A DNA stretch of 37,584 nucleotides from a virus. Its lineage: Duplodnaviria > Caudoviricetes. The notes under the pieces were generated by a model. The model was not told where the DNA came from. It saw only the letters and a list, made by a program, of their open reading frames with translations, and did no database searches. Location: positions 1-37,584 of the IMG/VR virus record IMGVR_UViG_3300027242_000010. The stretch is one strand, 5' to 3'. Below are positions 1 through 9,424 of the stretch, piece after piece. Within the stretch, counting starts at the first letter, position 1. Each line of letters opens with the position of its first letter. The position numbers and the translations under genes were made by a program.

Positions 1-2
1 CA

Positions 3-150
3 AAGAAAGCTGAGCCAAAAGCTGAACCAAAAGCAGAGCCAAAAGCTGAACCAAAAGCTGAGCCTAAGAAAGCAGAGCCAAAAGCTGAACCAAAAGCAGA
101 GCCAAAGAAAGCTGAACCAAAAGCAGAGCCTAAGAAAGATGAACCAAAGA
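3..150 (+). repeat. Coding tandem repeat of about 12 nt (aaagcWgaRcc, peptide KAEP)
   Basis: About 10 imperfect copies visible directly, with synonymous variation. Confidence 0.9.
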
Positions 151-389
151 AAGAAGATAAAAAGAAGAAATCTACAAAAGAATCCCTAGTTATCGATGCA
201 ACTGAATTAGGTTTAAATGAAATGGCGGCTGAAATCGAATCTAAATTAGATTGGCAGTTAGAAAATAATTCAGTTCTTGCTAGAAAATATCAAAATGAAA
301 TTGCTAAAGCTAAAGCAAATAAATCATTAAACGAATCTAAATATACTAACATCAGTGTTGCTGATAAATTCAGACAATTACTTGGTTAA
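3..389 (+). CDS. 3' end of a protein with KAEP repeats, possibly an internal head or virion protein (5' truncated)
   Basis: Frame 3 is open from the window edge to TAA at 387-389: KKAEPKAEPK...LNEMAAEIES...SLNESK...FRQLLG. Not in the ORF track. Confidence 0.75.
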   Translation, partial: KKAEPKAEPKAEPKAEPKAEPKKAEPKAEPKAEPKKAEPKAEPKKDEPKKEDKKKKSTKESLVIDATELGLNEMAAEIESKLDWQLENNSVLARKYQNEIAKAKANKSLNESKYTNISVADKFRQLLG

Positions 390-895
390 TTAACTTTAGA
401 ATTCTTTTTAGCTAATCTTAAAAGCTCTTGTTGTTCATTCATCAAGAGCTTTTTTACATATTTGCGGAACTCAACTGATGATTTAAGAATTCGGCTATCG
501 ACCATTGGAGCCTTTAAAATGTCATGGTACTCTGGATGGACAAAGTTTTCTAAGCTGAAGTCATCTGTGCGGGAAGTGATAGGCTTACCGCTGACGCAAC
601 AAACCCAAGGGATTGAGTTGTAATTGTTTATAAGTTCTGATTTCTCTACGATGCTTCCCGTTGACCAGTCGTAATATAACCGATCTTTAAACTTGAAAGG
701 TTGTACCGAATAGTTTGTCAGCTCAAGAATTATTGCCGCAAATTGGTCGTCCTGCACCCTGTCCTTAATAATAGGATGGTTGGCTAAGAATCTTCTTTGA
801 AGTCTCGAAAGATTCTTAAGTATGATTCCATATCGATTTGATGGAAAGGGTCCACCTGTTCTGGCAATCGTAGGGTACTTTTTTCTAAATGACAT
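386..895 (-). CDS. Hypothetical protein
   Basis: ORF track 386..958. The ATG at 895 (MSFRKK) follows an AATAAATA leader and avoids overlapping the divergent promoter at 913. Confidence 0.65.
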   Translation of the reverse strand: MSFRKKYPTIARTGGPFPSNRYGIILKNLSRLQRRFLANHPIIKDRVQDDQFAAIILELTNYSVQPFKFKDRLYYDWSTGSIVEKSELINNYNSIPWVCCVSGKPITSRTDDFSLENFVHPEYHDILKAPMVDSRILKSSVEFRKYVKKLLMNEQQELLRLAKKNSKVN

Positions 896-912
896 ATAAT
901 TATTTATTCTTG

Positions 913-938
913 AAACTAAACTTAGTTCTATGATATAA
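913..938 (+). promoter_or_regulatory. Putative middle promoter AAAC-N17-TATAA
   Basis: AAAC 913-916 and TATAA 934-938. Same spacing recurs at 17524, 26893, 27385 and 36016. Confidence 0.6.
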
Positions 939-968
939 CAATAGAAATAAATTGTCAAAAATAAATCT

Positions 969-1919
969 ATGGTTCACTCCCTTTTTACAGAGAAATATCG
1001 TCCGAAAAACTTATCGGAATTAATCCTACCAGACAGAGTAATGGCTAAATTCAAGGATGGCATAACGCAGAACATGTTATTAGCTGGAAGTCCAGGAACT
1101 GGAAAAACTTCAACTGCTAAAGCAATTGTTAACCAATTCGGTCTACCCTACATTTATATTAATGCGTCAACTGATACTTCGGTAGAAGTTATTAGAACCA
1201 GAATTACTGATTTCTGTTCTACCATGTCAATTCTAGATGACCAAGGAAAATTCAAAGTAGTTATATTAGATGAGGTTGATGGTGTATCAGATCAGTTCTT
1301 TAAAGCCTTACGTGCTACTATGGAGCAATTCGCAAGTAACTCTCGTTTTATTGCAACTTGTAATTATGTCAATAAAATCCCAGATCCAATCCTTTCTCGC
1401 TTCGAAGTTATTAACTTTGACTTTGACAAGGCAGAAGAAACTGAATTGACTAAGAAATACATTAAGAGAGTTTATGATATTTGTGGAAAAGAAGGTATGA
1501 CAATTGATAAACCAGCCTTGGTTGAATTTGTTAAACGTAATTTTCCAGATCTAAGAAGTACTCTGAATAAATTACAAGGATATAAAACTCAAGGCACGCA
1601 GAATATTTCAATTGATGATGTCAAGAAATTTAACTCAGTTTATAAAGATGTGTTCGAATTAATCTTCAATGAAACAGATCCTGCTAAAAATTACAAACAA
1701 CTTGTTAGTGATTATTCAAATCGAGTTGACGATGTTTTACAATCTTTAGGAAATGATTTCATCGAGTATATTCAAGCTGAGAAACCAAATTCAATTAAAC
1801 ATATTCCACAAGTAGCAATTGCAGTCGCCGAACACCAGGCTCAAAGAGTTCACGTTATTGACCCGATTATTACAATGTTAAGCTGTGTTTATAAACTACA
1901 AACCATAATCAGATCATAA
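969..1919 (+). CDS. Sliding clamp loader large subunit (T4 gp44/RFC-like AAA+)
   Basis: EKYRP, Walker A GSPGTGKT, INAS, Walker B ILDEVD, LRATME and SRF motifs. Confidence 0.93.
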   Translation: MVHSLFTEKYRPKNLSELILPDRVMAKFKDGITQNMLLAGSPGTGKTSTAKAIVNQFGLPYIYINASTDTSVEVIRTRITDFCSTMSILDDQGKFKVVILDEVDGVSDQFFKALRATMEQFASNSRFIATCNYVNKIPDPILSRFEVINFDFDKAEETELTKKYIKRVYDICGKEGMTIDKPALVEFVKRNFPDLRSTLNKLQGYKTQGTQNISIDDVKKFNSVYKDVFELIFNETDPAKNYKQLVSDYSNRVDDVLQSLGNDFIEYIQAEKPNSIKHIPQVAIAVAEHQAQRVHVIDPIITMLSCVYKLQTIIRS

Positions 1920-2191
1920 TGTTATACCAGTCAAAAAAGCAACTTACGTTCGAATCACTAGAAACTGATCATCAGGCGAATATCATAGACTATGCTAAAG
2001 AGCAAATGGCGATTGAAATTGCAAAGCAGTTGTTAAAAGATGGTATGTTTAAATTTGAATTAGTAGACCCAAGACAACCAATTGATTCTCAATCATATTC
2101 AAATCCAGGATTAATGGAATGGGAAGTAGAACGTAGAAGATTCTTAAACGAGAATCGTTCCGTTGAAATAAGTTTAAAAATAATTGTATAA
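1919..2191 (+). CDS. Hypothetical protein
   Basis: 90-aa ORF coupled to the upstream stop by TAATG. Confidence 0.7.
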   Translation: MLYQSKKQLTFESLETDHQANIIDYAKEQMAIEIAKQLLKDGMFKFELVDPRQPIDSQSYSNPGLMEWEVERRRFLNENRSVEISLKIIV

Positions 2192-2233
2192 ATATTTTTT
2201 TATGTCAAGAAAATTGTTTATATTTACATATAA
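2173..2233 (+). promoter_or_regulatory. Early host-type promoter, TATGTCAA subtype
   Basis: TTTTTTTATGTCAA-n-TTGTTTATATTTACATATAA, nearly identical to 22763-22823. TATATTTA resembles the Bacteroidota -7 element TAnnTTTG. Confidence 0.7.
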
Positions 2234-2248
2234 TAAAAGATAAAAGAT

Positions 2249-3472
2249 ATGAAACTAGGTAATCACACACTGCTAATAGATGGAAACTATTTTATTCACA
2301 GCAGACTATTCGTCCTTCCAAGACCAAAATCAGGTGCATTACTTGGCGATGACAATAGTAAAGGTCAATTTATAAGAAAACTCTCAATCGATTTTGCATC
2401 TGAAGTCAGGAAAATGGCTCCATTTGTTAATCAAATTGTCTTTGCTGTCGATTCAAAATCATGGCGTAAAGACTTATTTCCAGAAGCGCAGTACAAAGGT
2501 ACTAGAACTCAAGATAGTTCAGTCGATTGGACAGCTGTGTATGAAGTATATGAAGAGTTCAGAAACATCCTTGCTAAAAAAGGAGTTATTGTAAACCAAG
2601 TCAAAGGTGCAGAAGCAGATGATATTCTTTTTGCATGGTCAACCTACTTAAATACACAAGGTAAAAATTGTATTATATGGACTGGTGACCGTGATATGAT
2701 TCAATTAGTTGACTACTCAAAAGCAACTGATGGATATTCTCTATGGTATTATAACACTAAAAGAAAACTAATTGCGTTCGAAGGATTCAATGATATTATC
2801 GCTAGCGACAATTCTATTGATATATCTGATGAAGACTTGTTATTTAATATGGATTCTCCATCTCATGAAGCTGACAGAGTAAAAGGTCAAATGATTGAAT
2901 GGATCAAAAAGAATTCTATTGAAATCGAAGAAATGAATTGTGATAGCTTTGTTTTCCAAAAGATTCTAATTGGTGATAAGTCCGATAATATTAAATCAGT
3001 TGTTACGTACCAAAAACCTATGAAAACTGGTAAAATGCGCACATTCTCAATTACTGATAAGCAGGCACAAGGCATCTTAGAACAATACAACAAAGAAGAA
3101 GGTGAATTTGTTATCGATCATATGTTTAACAAAACACAAGTTGATAAGATTGTCAACCTGATTTACCGCATCGTTGGTCATGACACTCAAGCAAGCATAT
3201 TGAATAGATTTAATCAAAATCTAGACTTAATGCTGCTTCACTACAATACAATACCAGAACCTATTCAACAAGAAATTACTAAAGTAATTGAACGTGATAA
3301 AAATGTTGAGCCAATGATTATGAATCTATCTCAAATGGAAAAGATTCTCGAAGGCTCTAGTTGGTTAAAAATTGCTAACTCGACACCAGTTGATTTTGAT
3401 GCATTTTCTGGACTCGATGAAAGTGAAACAAAAAGCAACAATTCCTCTACAACTATAAACAATTTATTTTAA
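2249..3472 (+). CDS. rnh: RNase H / 5'-3' exonuclease (T4 rnh-like, FEN family)
   Basis: LLIDGN, SWRK..FP..YKGTR, EADD, TGDRDMIQL and GDKSDNI motifs. Confidence 0.88.
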   Translation: MKLGNHTLLIDGNYFIHSRLFVLPRPKSGALLGDDNSKGQFIRKLSIDFASEVRKMAPFVNQIVFAVDSKSWRKDLFPEAQYKGTRTQDSSVDWTAVYEVYEEFRNILAKKGVIVNQVKGAEADDILFAWSTYLNTQGKNCIIWTGDRDMIQLVDYSKATDGYSLWYYNTKRKLIAFEGFNDIIASDNSIDISDEDLLFNMDSPSHEADRVKGQMIEWIKKNSIEIEEMNCDSFVFQKILIGDKSDNIKSVVTYQKPMKTGKMRTFSITDKQAQGILEQYNKEEGEFVIDHMFNKTQVDKIVNLIYRIVGHDTQASILNRFNQNLDLMLLHYNTIPEPIQQEITKVIERDKNVEPMIMNLSQMEKILEGSSWLKIANSTPVDFDAFSGLDESETKSNNSSTTINNLF

Positions 3473-3624
3473 TGCCAGAAATAGTAGAAGAAATCTTACA
3501 AGAAGCAAAAGAATGGGGTCTTGAATGGGAAGTAAAAGTATTTGCTGAAAGTTATATTGCCCAAGACCCCAGTCTTTCAATAGAACAAGCGTACATAGAC
3601 GCATATAATGATTGGGTAAAATGA
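3472..3624 (+). CDS. Small acidic hypothetical protein (50 aa, MPEIVEEIL...YNDWVK)
   Basis: Translated by hand. TAATG overlap with rnh and ATGA overlap with the next ORF. Confidence 0.65.
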   Translation: MPEIVEEILQEAKEWGLEWEVKVFAESYIAQDPSLSIEQAYIDAYNDWVK

Positions 3625-3737
3625 AACTAATAGTAAAAGAAGGTGTATATGAAGCAGATACTCTATTTGGTATCGTTGTCGCAGTATTAAAACACAGATT
3701 TTGGCATTTGCGCAAGCATGGTAAGTGGATGGATTAA
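3621..3737 (+). CDS. Small hypothetical protein (38 aa, MKLIVKEG...HGKWMD)
   Basis: Translated by hand. ATGA overlap; fills the gap in the operon. Confidence 0.55.
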   Translation: MKLIVKEGVYEADTLFGIVVAVLKHRFWHLRKHGKWMD

Positions 3738-3752
3738 TTAAAATAACAAACT

Positions 3753-4181
3753 ATGTTAGACGAAACAAAATTATTTGACTTTGTAAAAATTATGTTTACA
3801 AAGCCAAAAGACTTTAAAGATATTAAAGACCATACTAAGAAGCGCCATCATTTTATGATTAATCGCTTCTTTTCAATTAAGTTTCCTGCGAATGCGCAGG
3901 CTTTTAACATTAATGGCATCAATGGTTATGCTGTTGTTGAAAGTTGGGGTATGGTTGCTCAAAGATTCACATCAGTTCCAGCTTGGTTTTATACAAAAAC
4001 CAAAAAAGTTGAAGCGGACAAAGCTGATAAAAAAGAATACATACCTAGTCAAGAAGCAATAGACTTTTATCTTAAAAAGAACGAAATTGGCAAAAGAGAA
4101 TTTAGCGAAGTTATGAAGTTTTTTAAGAAAGAAACCTTAGCCGAGTTAAAAACACTCGACGAAAATATAAAAGTTTACTAA
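3753..4181 (+). CDS. Probable clamp loader small subunit (gp62-like)
   Basis: KLFDFV, FMINRFFS, AN...N and W..K.KK resemble the short gp62 proteins of marine T4-like phages; near the gp44-like gene. Confidence 0.55.
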   Translation: MLDETKLFDFVKIMFTKPKDFKDIKDHTKKRHHFMINRFFSIKFPANAQAFNINGINGYAVVESWGMVAQRFTSVPAWFYTKTKKVEADKADKKEYIPSQEAIDFYLKKNEIGKREFSEVMKFFKKETLAELKTLDENIKVY

Positions 4182-4861
4182 TGAAGGATAACTTCTCGCT
4201 ATACGATACAACCGACGTTGTTGACATTGTATTATACAAATACAACTACAATGATAACAGAGTTTGGACTGGTATTAAAAACAGTGTAGAGTATTTAAGG
4301 CCAAACGATTCTTCGGTAATTGTTACTAAAGAACAACTTGAGAATTTTATATACAGTCAGTTTCTAGATGAGATAAATTTATTTAATTCAGTAGGTTCTG
4401 AAGTTCTACACAAGGAAGTTAATTCCATCTTTTTTATGATTAACATGCTCAAAGAAATGAAACATTTGAGATGGATAAAATTATCATTAAATAAAAATTC
4501 AAGTTACTCTAGGATAGTTACTGATCCAGCCGGATTACAGACAATTAAATTTGGGTATAAAATTCTTCACATGACCCTAAAAACATTTGAAGTTTTTGAT
4601 GCAGACGAACTGATTATTTTTAATAAGGTTCTACATTCGCAGAAAATTCTAGAAGAAGGAATTCCATACCGAAGATTAAAACTTAATGACTTATTAGACC
4701 GCCTAGACGAATGGCTTACCAAAGCCGATAAAGGAACCATCAGGGATCTAGGAGATAACGATTTAGATGTAATTGATACAATTTCTATTATGCTCGACAT
4801 GATGGGAGACCCTAAAATAGCAGGAGATAATCCTGAAGTTCTACTGGTCACCGATTACTGA
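4181..4861 (+). CDS. Hypothetical protein
   Basis: 226-aa ORF, TAATG-coupled. Confidence 0.75.
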   Translation: MKDNFSLYDTTDVVDIVLYKYNYNDNRVWTGIKNSVEYLRPNDSSVIVTKEQLENFIYSQFLDEINLFNSVGSEVLHKEVNSIFFMINMLKEMKHLRWIKLSLNKNSSYSRIVTDPAGLQTIKFGYKILHMTLKTFEVFDADELIIFNKVLHSQKILEEGIPYRRLKLNDLLDRLDEWLTKADKGTIRDLGDNDLDVIDTISIMLDMMGDPKIAGDNPEVLLVTDY

Positions 4862-4863
4862 GA

Positions 4864-4871
4864 ATATATAA
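4864..4871 (+). promoter_or_regulatory. Putative late promoter ATATATAA
   Basis: ATATATA lies about 20-35 nt before several structural genes (also 9392, 12043, 12674, 14127, 30060). Confidence 0.55.
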
Positions 4872-4891
4872 AGAAAAGTATCTTACAATAA

Positions 4892-6835
4892 ATGGTAACA
4901 GGTAGTATAGCCTCAGCATACGGCGATTTTCTTATAGCATCCATCACAACACCATACCTCAATCTTAAAAAGGTTTTAAGTTGGGAAGTACTTGCTGGAG
5001 TAACTGATGTTTCGACAGCAGGTACCGCAAGTTTTGTTAGTGGTTCAACCATTGTAAATGGAGTTGGAACCGATTTTAATCGTTTATTTTTAAACACAAA
5101 TAGAATAATCGTAGGTAACAGAACTTTAACTATTGCTTCGGTTGTTAACAACACAACACTGGTATTAACAGCACCTGTTAATTTTACAGGAAGTGGACTT
5201 ACTTTCTACCGACCTACTGATTCTAATAATCAATTTGAATATACATTCAGACTTTCGACAGATGGTGGTAAAGTTTTTAGCGAATTCTCACCATTGAATA
5301 TAGGAACCGTTCCAGGAGATATTAAATCCTATTTATGGAATTCAGGAGAAGATGTATTATTTGATTTTGGTGCAGAAGTTTCTGCAATTATACCAGGAAG
5401 TACTATAACATTTATTTCAACAACTCTTACCGTTGAAACAGTAGCTGGAATTATCGAATCATGTCCTAATTTTTGTGTAACATGTACCGATCCATTTGCC
5501 TATTCTGGTTGTGCGACAATCGAAATGGTATGCGATACTCCATCTCTATTTCAGCCTTATAAACAATTCAGATCTCAGCAGACTTATATTCAACTAACAA
5601 ACATTGTTAAAAATATATTCGGTCATGAAGTAACATACTTTAGAACTGAACCAGATAAAAGAACAAAAGACGTTATCTTAATGGAATATTCATTACATAA
5701 CGTTGTCGACCAAGATATTGTTAAAATATTAGTTCCAGATAATGAATTCCCTCAAGAATCAACTGTGAATTATGATATGTTCGGTATGGAATTTGAAGAT
5801 TTTGAAATCCATATCACTCAACAAGAATTCCAAAGAGTATTTGGACAAGGCACTAGACCTAGAAATCATGATTATATGTACATACCGATTATTAATAAGA
5901 TGTACACTATTAATTCTGTTGCTCTAGGAGATCGTTTCAACGAAGCTATTACATACTGGAAAATCATGTTGACTAAATATCAAAATGATAATGCAGTTCT
6001 TAAAAATAATTATGAAAGTTTAACAGATTCATTAGTTACAGACGTTGATGAGGTATTTGGAGCAGAAATCAGGGACGAATACGCTAAGAATCTAAAACCA
6101 GAACAATACCAAACTGTTTCAACCTCATATAGAGATGGTATTAGAAACTTTTTATCAACTAATTTAAAAATCGAAGACTATGATATTAAAAATAGATGGA
6201 CTGTTGTTTCAAAGAATGCATACGATTTAACTAATGTACCTCTTAATTTTCCAGCGGTTGAATATGTTGCTCCAGTAAAATCAAATGACAATCTTGCATT
6301 TACTTGTTGGTTTTCACCACAGGCCGGATTTGGAACAACTGCTGAGTATTGGGTGTTTGGAACATCTGCTATTAATAAAGGTTTAAAAATTACAGCTTCT
6401 GGAACCTCTATTAAAGTGTACGTAAATAGTAACACATACACATTTACACATAACATTATTATGGGAAGTGACAGATGGTATGCGATGGTATTAAACGCAA
6501 ATACAGAATTTAATCAATTATCCTTATCGATATATGCATTAAGTCCAACTTCTAATGCTGGATTTCCACAATCTGGAACCAATGATTTAACACAGATGTT
6601 TACAGAAACTAAAAACCAAGTACTTAATATTTCTTGGGATGAACCAGCTGCATCTTACCAACTTAAAGGAGGAAAACTTAAATTAACAAATATTAGATTA
6701 TTTAATACACCCGTCGAGGCTGAACAACACAGCAACATATTAAACCAATATGTTGTTCGAGATAATCAACTCGCAATTATTATAGACAATGCACTACCTT
6801 CATTAGGATTCCAGAAGTTCAGAAACGCTCGATAA
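4892..6835 (+). CDS. Neck/head-completion protein (T4 gp14-like core) with N-terminal beta-rich and C-terminal LamG-like domains
   Basis: Central FGHEVTYF..., DVILME, FGMEFEDFEIHI...F and RP...DYMYIP...MYTI match the gp14 pattern; C-terminal FTCWF...WYAMV...LTNIRLFN is LamG-like. Confidence 0.65.
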   Translation: MVTGSIASAYGDFLIASITTPYLNLKKVLSWEVLAGVTDVSTAGTASFVSGSTIVNGVGTDFNRLFLNTNRIIVGNRTLTIASVVNNTTLVLTAPVNFTGSGLTFYRPTDSNNQFEYTFRLSTDGGKVFSEFSPLNIGTVPGDIKSYLWNSGEDVLFDFGAEVSAIIPGSTITFISTTLTVETVAGIIESCPNFCVTCTDPFAYSGCATIEMVCDTPSLFQPYKQFRSQQTYIQLTNIVKNIFGHEVTYFRTEPDKRTKDVILMEYSLHNVVDQDIVKILVPDNEFPQESTVNYDMFGMEFEDFEIHITQQEFQRVFGQGTRPRNHDYMYIPIINKMYTINSVALGDRFNEAITYWKIMLTKYQNDNAVLKNNYESLTDSLVTDVDEVFGAEIRDEYAKNLKPEQYQTVSTSYRDGIRNFLSTNLKIEDYDIKNRWTVVSKNAYDLTNVPLNFPAVEYVAPVKSNDNLAFTCWFSPQAGFGTTAEYWVFGTSAINKGLKITASGTSIKVYVNSNTYTFTHNIIMGSDRWYAMVLNANTEFNQLSLSIYALSPTSNAGFPQSGTNDLTQMFTETKNQVLNISWDEPAASYQLKGGKLKLTNIRLFNTPVEAEQHSNILNQYVVRDNQLAIIIDNALPSLGFQKFRNAR

Positions 6836-6854
6836 TTTATTGAGATACATAGTC

Positions 6855-6862
6855 TATAAATA
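6855..6862 (+). promoter_or_regulatory. Match to the T4 late promoter TATAAATA
   Basis: Exact octamer 10 nt before the TerS ATG. The AT-rich background weakens this. Confidence 0.4.
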
Positions 6863-6872
6863 ATATTATATT

Positions 6873-7556
6873 ATGTCAGAAGAAAAAGATAAAAATCGGC
6901 CGATCCGAGATCAGGCTGAAGATATTCGTAAAGAATTAGAGTGGTTGATTAGCGATGAAGAATCCTTAACAGATCTAGTCGAAACCGACCCGGTACTACC
7001 TTCAAAATCTCTTGTTCTAAAAACACCAGCAGTTTCTTATGCAACTTTAAAGACTGGTGCTGAAGCGCAAGCTAAGAAAACTATTACGGCATTAATGAAA
7101 TTCTATCTCGATGCAGATATTATTGAGAATGACGAATACGTAATGGCAAAAAAGAAGATGGACGAAATGACGATGTCATCCCTTGTTTATCAGCTTAATG
7201 CCGGTGAAAGAGCACTTACATTACTGTTAGAAACTATTGAAGATGGAGAATTATCCCCTAGGATGTTCGAGGTATTAGCCACGCTACAAAAATCAATGTT
7301 AGATATTATTAAATCTCAAACAATGTACTTGATGGCAACTGAAGAGTCGAATAAAAGAATTGCCAGAGATATTGAAATATATCGTAAGAAAACTAATACT
7401 GCACAGATTGAAGAATCTGGAGGAGATAGTAAAGATCCTAATATCCACAGAGGTTCGAAAGATTTAATGAGAATGATTCAAATGGGTCTTAATCAAAACG
7501 TCGAACAAGTGGACGAATCAGATATTGTTGAAATAGAACCAGAACCAAATGAGTGA
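6873..7556 (+). CDS. Terminase small subunit (gp16-like)
   Basis: SPRMFEVLATLQK resembles the gp16 PRAYEV motif; GSKDLMRMI near the C-terminus; overlaps the TerL start. Confidence 0.65.
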   Translation: MSEEKDKNRPIRDQAEDIRKELEWLISDEESLTDLVETDPVLPSKSLVLKTPAVSYATLKTGAEAQAKKTITALMKFYLDADIIENDEYVMAKKKMDEMTMSSLVYQLNAGERALTLLLETIEDGELSPRMFEVLATLQKSMLDIIKSQTMYLMATEESNKRIARDIEIYRKKTNTAQIEESGGDSKDPNIHRGSKDLMRMIQMGLNQNVEQVDESDIVEIEPEPNE

Positions 7557-9369
7557 AAGTAATATTTGGATCCCAAAAGACGCTGACGAAACGATATCTA
7601 ATAAGATCGTATGGTCAACTAAGGCAATTAATGATTTAATCATAGCCTTAGACAAGGGATACCGCCCATCAGTTGCAATGCCTTTTTATGAAGGAAAACA
7701 ACACCTTAAAAAAGGTAATGTTGTATTTGAGTACACTGATGACGAGATAGTAGAAATTGCAAAATGCGCGAATGATATAGTTTATTTTGCAGAGAAATAC
7801 GCGGTTGTAATGACCGATGAGGGAGTTCGTAGAGTAAAACTTCGCGAATACCAGAAAAAAATGTTGTTAAATCTACAACATGAGAGATTTAATATAGTAT
7901 TAGCATCTCGACAAATGGGTAAAACCGTAACCGCATCAATTTTTAACGCGTGGTTCATTTGTTTTAATGTTGATAAGAATACTCTGCTTCTAGCAAATAA
8001 GGGAGAATCTACCAAAGAAATTATTGATAAGGCAAAAGTTGTATTAGAACACTTACCCTTCTTTATGAAGCCTGGTATTTTAAAATATGACGTAATGAAC
8101 GTTCGTTGTGATAATGGTTGCAGATTAGTAGGACAATCAACTACTGCAAAAGCCGGTATTGGTTTTACCATTCATAATTTGTACTTAGATGAGTTTGCGC
8201 ATATCCATCCAAATATCGTAGATGTATTCTATGAAAACGTTTATCCTACTCTATCATCTTCGAATATTTCAAGGATTAATATCACATCAACACCAAACGG
8301 ATTTAATAAATTTTATGAAATTTGGGCAGCTGCAGTCGATGGTAAGAATGCTTACACTCCACTGCGAATTGACTGGTGGCAACATCCTGAAAGAGATGAT
8401 GCATGGTACCAAAGAGAATTAGGAAACCTAGGTTCAGAAGAAGCGTTTAACCGACAATATGGTAATGAATTTATTAGTTCATCTTCTCTTTTACTTTCAC
8501 CAGGATCTCTTGGTAAATTAAGAAAACATTCCAGCAAATTTAAATATGAAGACCTAGAAGAGTTTGAAAATATCCACGTTGACGTTAAAGGATTCTTAGG
8601 ATTTAATCCTAAATTTGACATTGAAACTGCAAAAGAAGAAGGTAAATATTGGTTATTTACGGTAGATATTGCAGAAGGTTCAGGTGGAGATTACTCAGTA
8701 GTTAATATTTTTGAAGTTAGTGCAAAATCTAGAAAAGAAATAGAAGATACTCCAAATCCTGGAGCGATGTATGATTTCTTTAAATTAGATCAAGTTGCAG
8801 TTTTTAAGAGCAACGAGCATCCTATCGAAGATTTTGCTAAAGTATTATATACATTGGCAGTTGACGTTTTTAATTCTGAGAACGTTAAAATGCTAATTGA
8901 ATTTAATACATACGGTACAATTCTATTAAAATACCTACAAACGGTGTTTCCTCAACGCAACGATTTCGATGAGGATATGATTCTTCGTTTTAAACATCGA
9001 CATGATTCGAAAGGAGTAAAACCAGGTCTTAGACTAAGGGCTGATAATAAAGCCATATTTTGTCAAAACTTTAAAAAATTAATCGAAGAGAATAGGATAA
9101 ATATTAATGAAGTAGAAACTGTGAATGAAGCCTCCCTATTTGGAGTTAACAAGAACGGAAACTACTCAGCGCAAATGGGACACGACGATTTAATTATGTC
9201 ATCCATTATCGCTACTGAATTTTTTGGAACTACAGACTATGCTGATTTTGTCGAGGAAATGTTAGATATTATTGATGAGGATCTTCACGATTATATGGAA
9301 GAAGTGTTGTATAAAGACAACGATTCTTCTGGAGACCTACAATTTGACATCTACGATTTGCTTACTTAG
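7549..9369 (+). CDS. terL: Terminase large subunit (gp17-like)
   Basis: LREYQ, Walker A SRQMGKT, Walker B LYLDEFAH, ITSTPNG, nuclease VDIAEG..DYS and HDDL. Confidence 0.95.
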   Translation: MSESNIWIPKDADETISNKIVWSTKAINDLIIALDKGYRPSVAMPFYEGKQHLKKGNVVFEYTDDEIVEIAKCANDIVYFAEKYAVVMTDEGVRRVKLREYQKKMLLNLQHERFNIVLASRQMGKTVTASIFNAWFICFNVDKNTLLLANKGESTKEIIDKAKVVLEHLPFFMKPGILKYDVMNVRCDNGCRLVGQSTTAKAGIGFTIHNLYLDEFAHIHPNIVDVFYENVYPTLSSSNISRINITSTPNGFNKFYEIWAAAVDGKNAYTPLRIDWWQHPERDDAWYQRELGNLGSEEAFNRQYGNEFISSSSLLLSPGSLGKLRKHSSKFKYEDLEEFENIHVDVKGFLGFNPKFDIETAKEEGKYWLFTVDIAEGSGGDYSVVNIFEVSAKSRKEIEDTPNPGAMYDFFKLDQVAVFKSNEHPIEDFAKVLYTLAVDVFNSENVKMLIEFNTYGTILLKYLQTVFPQRNDFDEDMILRFKHRHDSKGVKPGLRLRADNKAIFCQNFKKLIEENRININEVETVNEASLFGVNKNGNYSAQMGHDDLIMSSIIATEFFGTTDYADFVEEMLDIIDEDLHDYMEEVLYKDNDSSGDLQFDIYDLLT

Positions 9370-9424
9370 ATAAAATCAGAAATAGAAGCAGATATATACA
9401 TAAAGAAAAAAACATTATAATAAC

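Noticed and set aside
3464-3715. Minus-strand 83-aa ORF
   Set aside because: Two translationally coupled plus-strand ORFs (3472-3624, 3621-3737) explain the region better.
7549-9369. Intron or intein in TerL
   Set aside because: Continuous ORF of normal length with ATPase and nuclease motifs in order.
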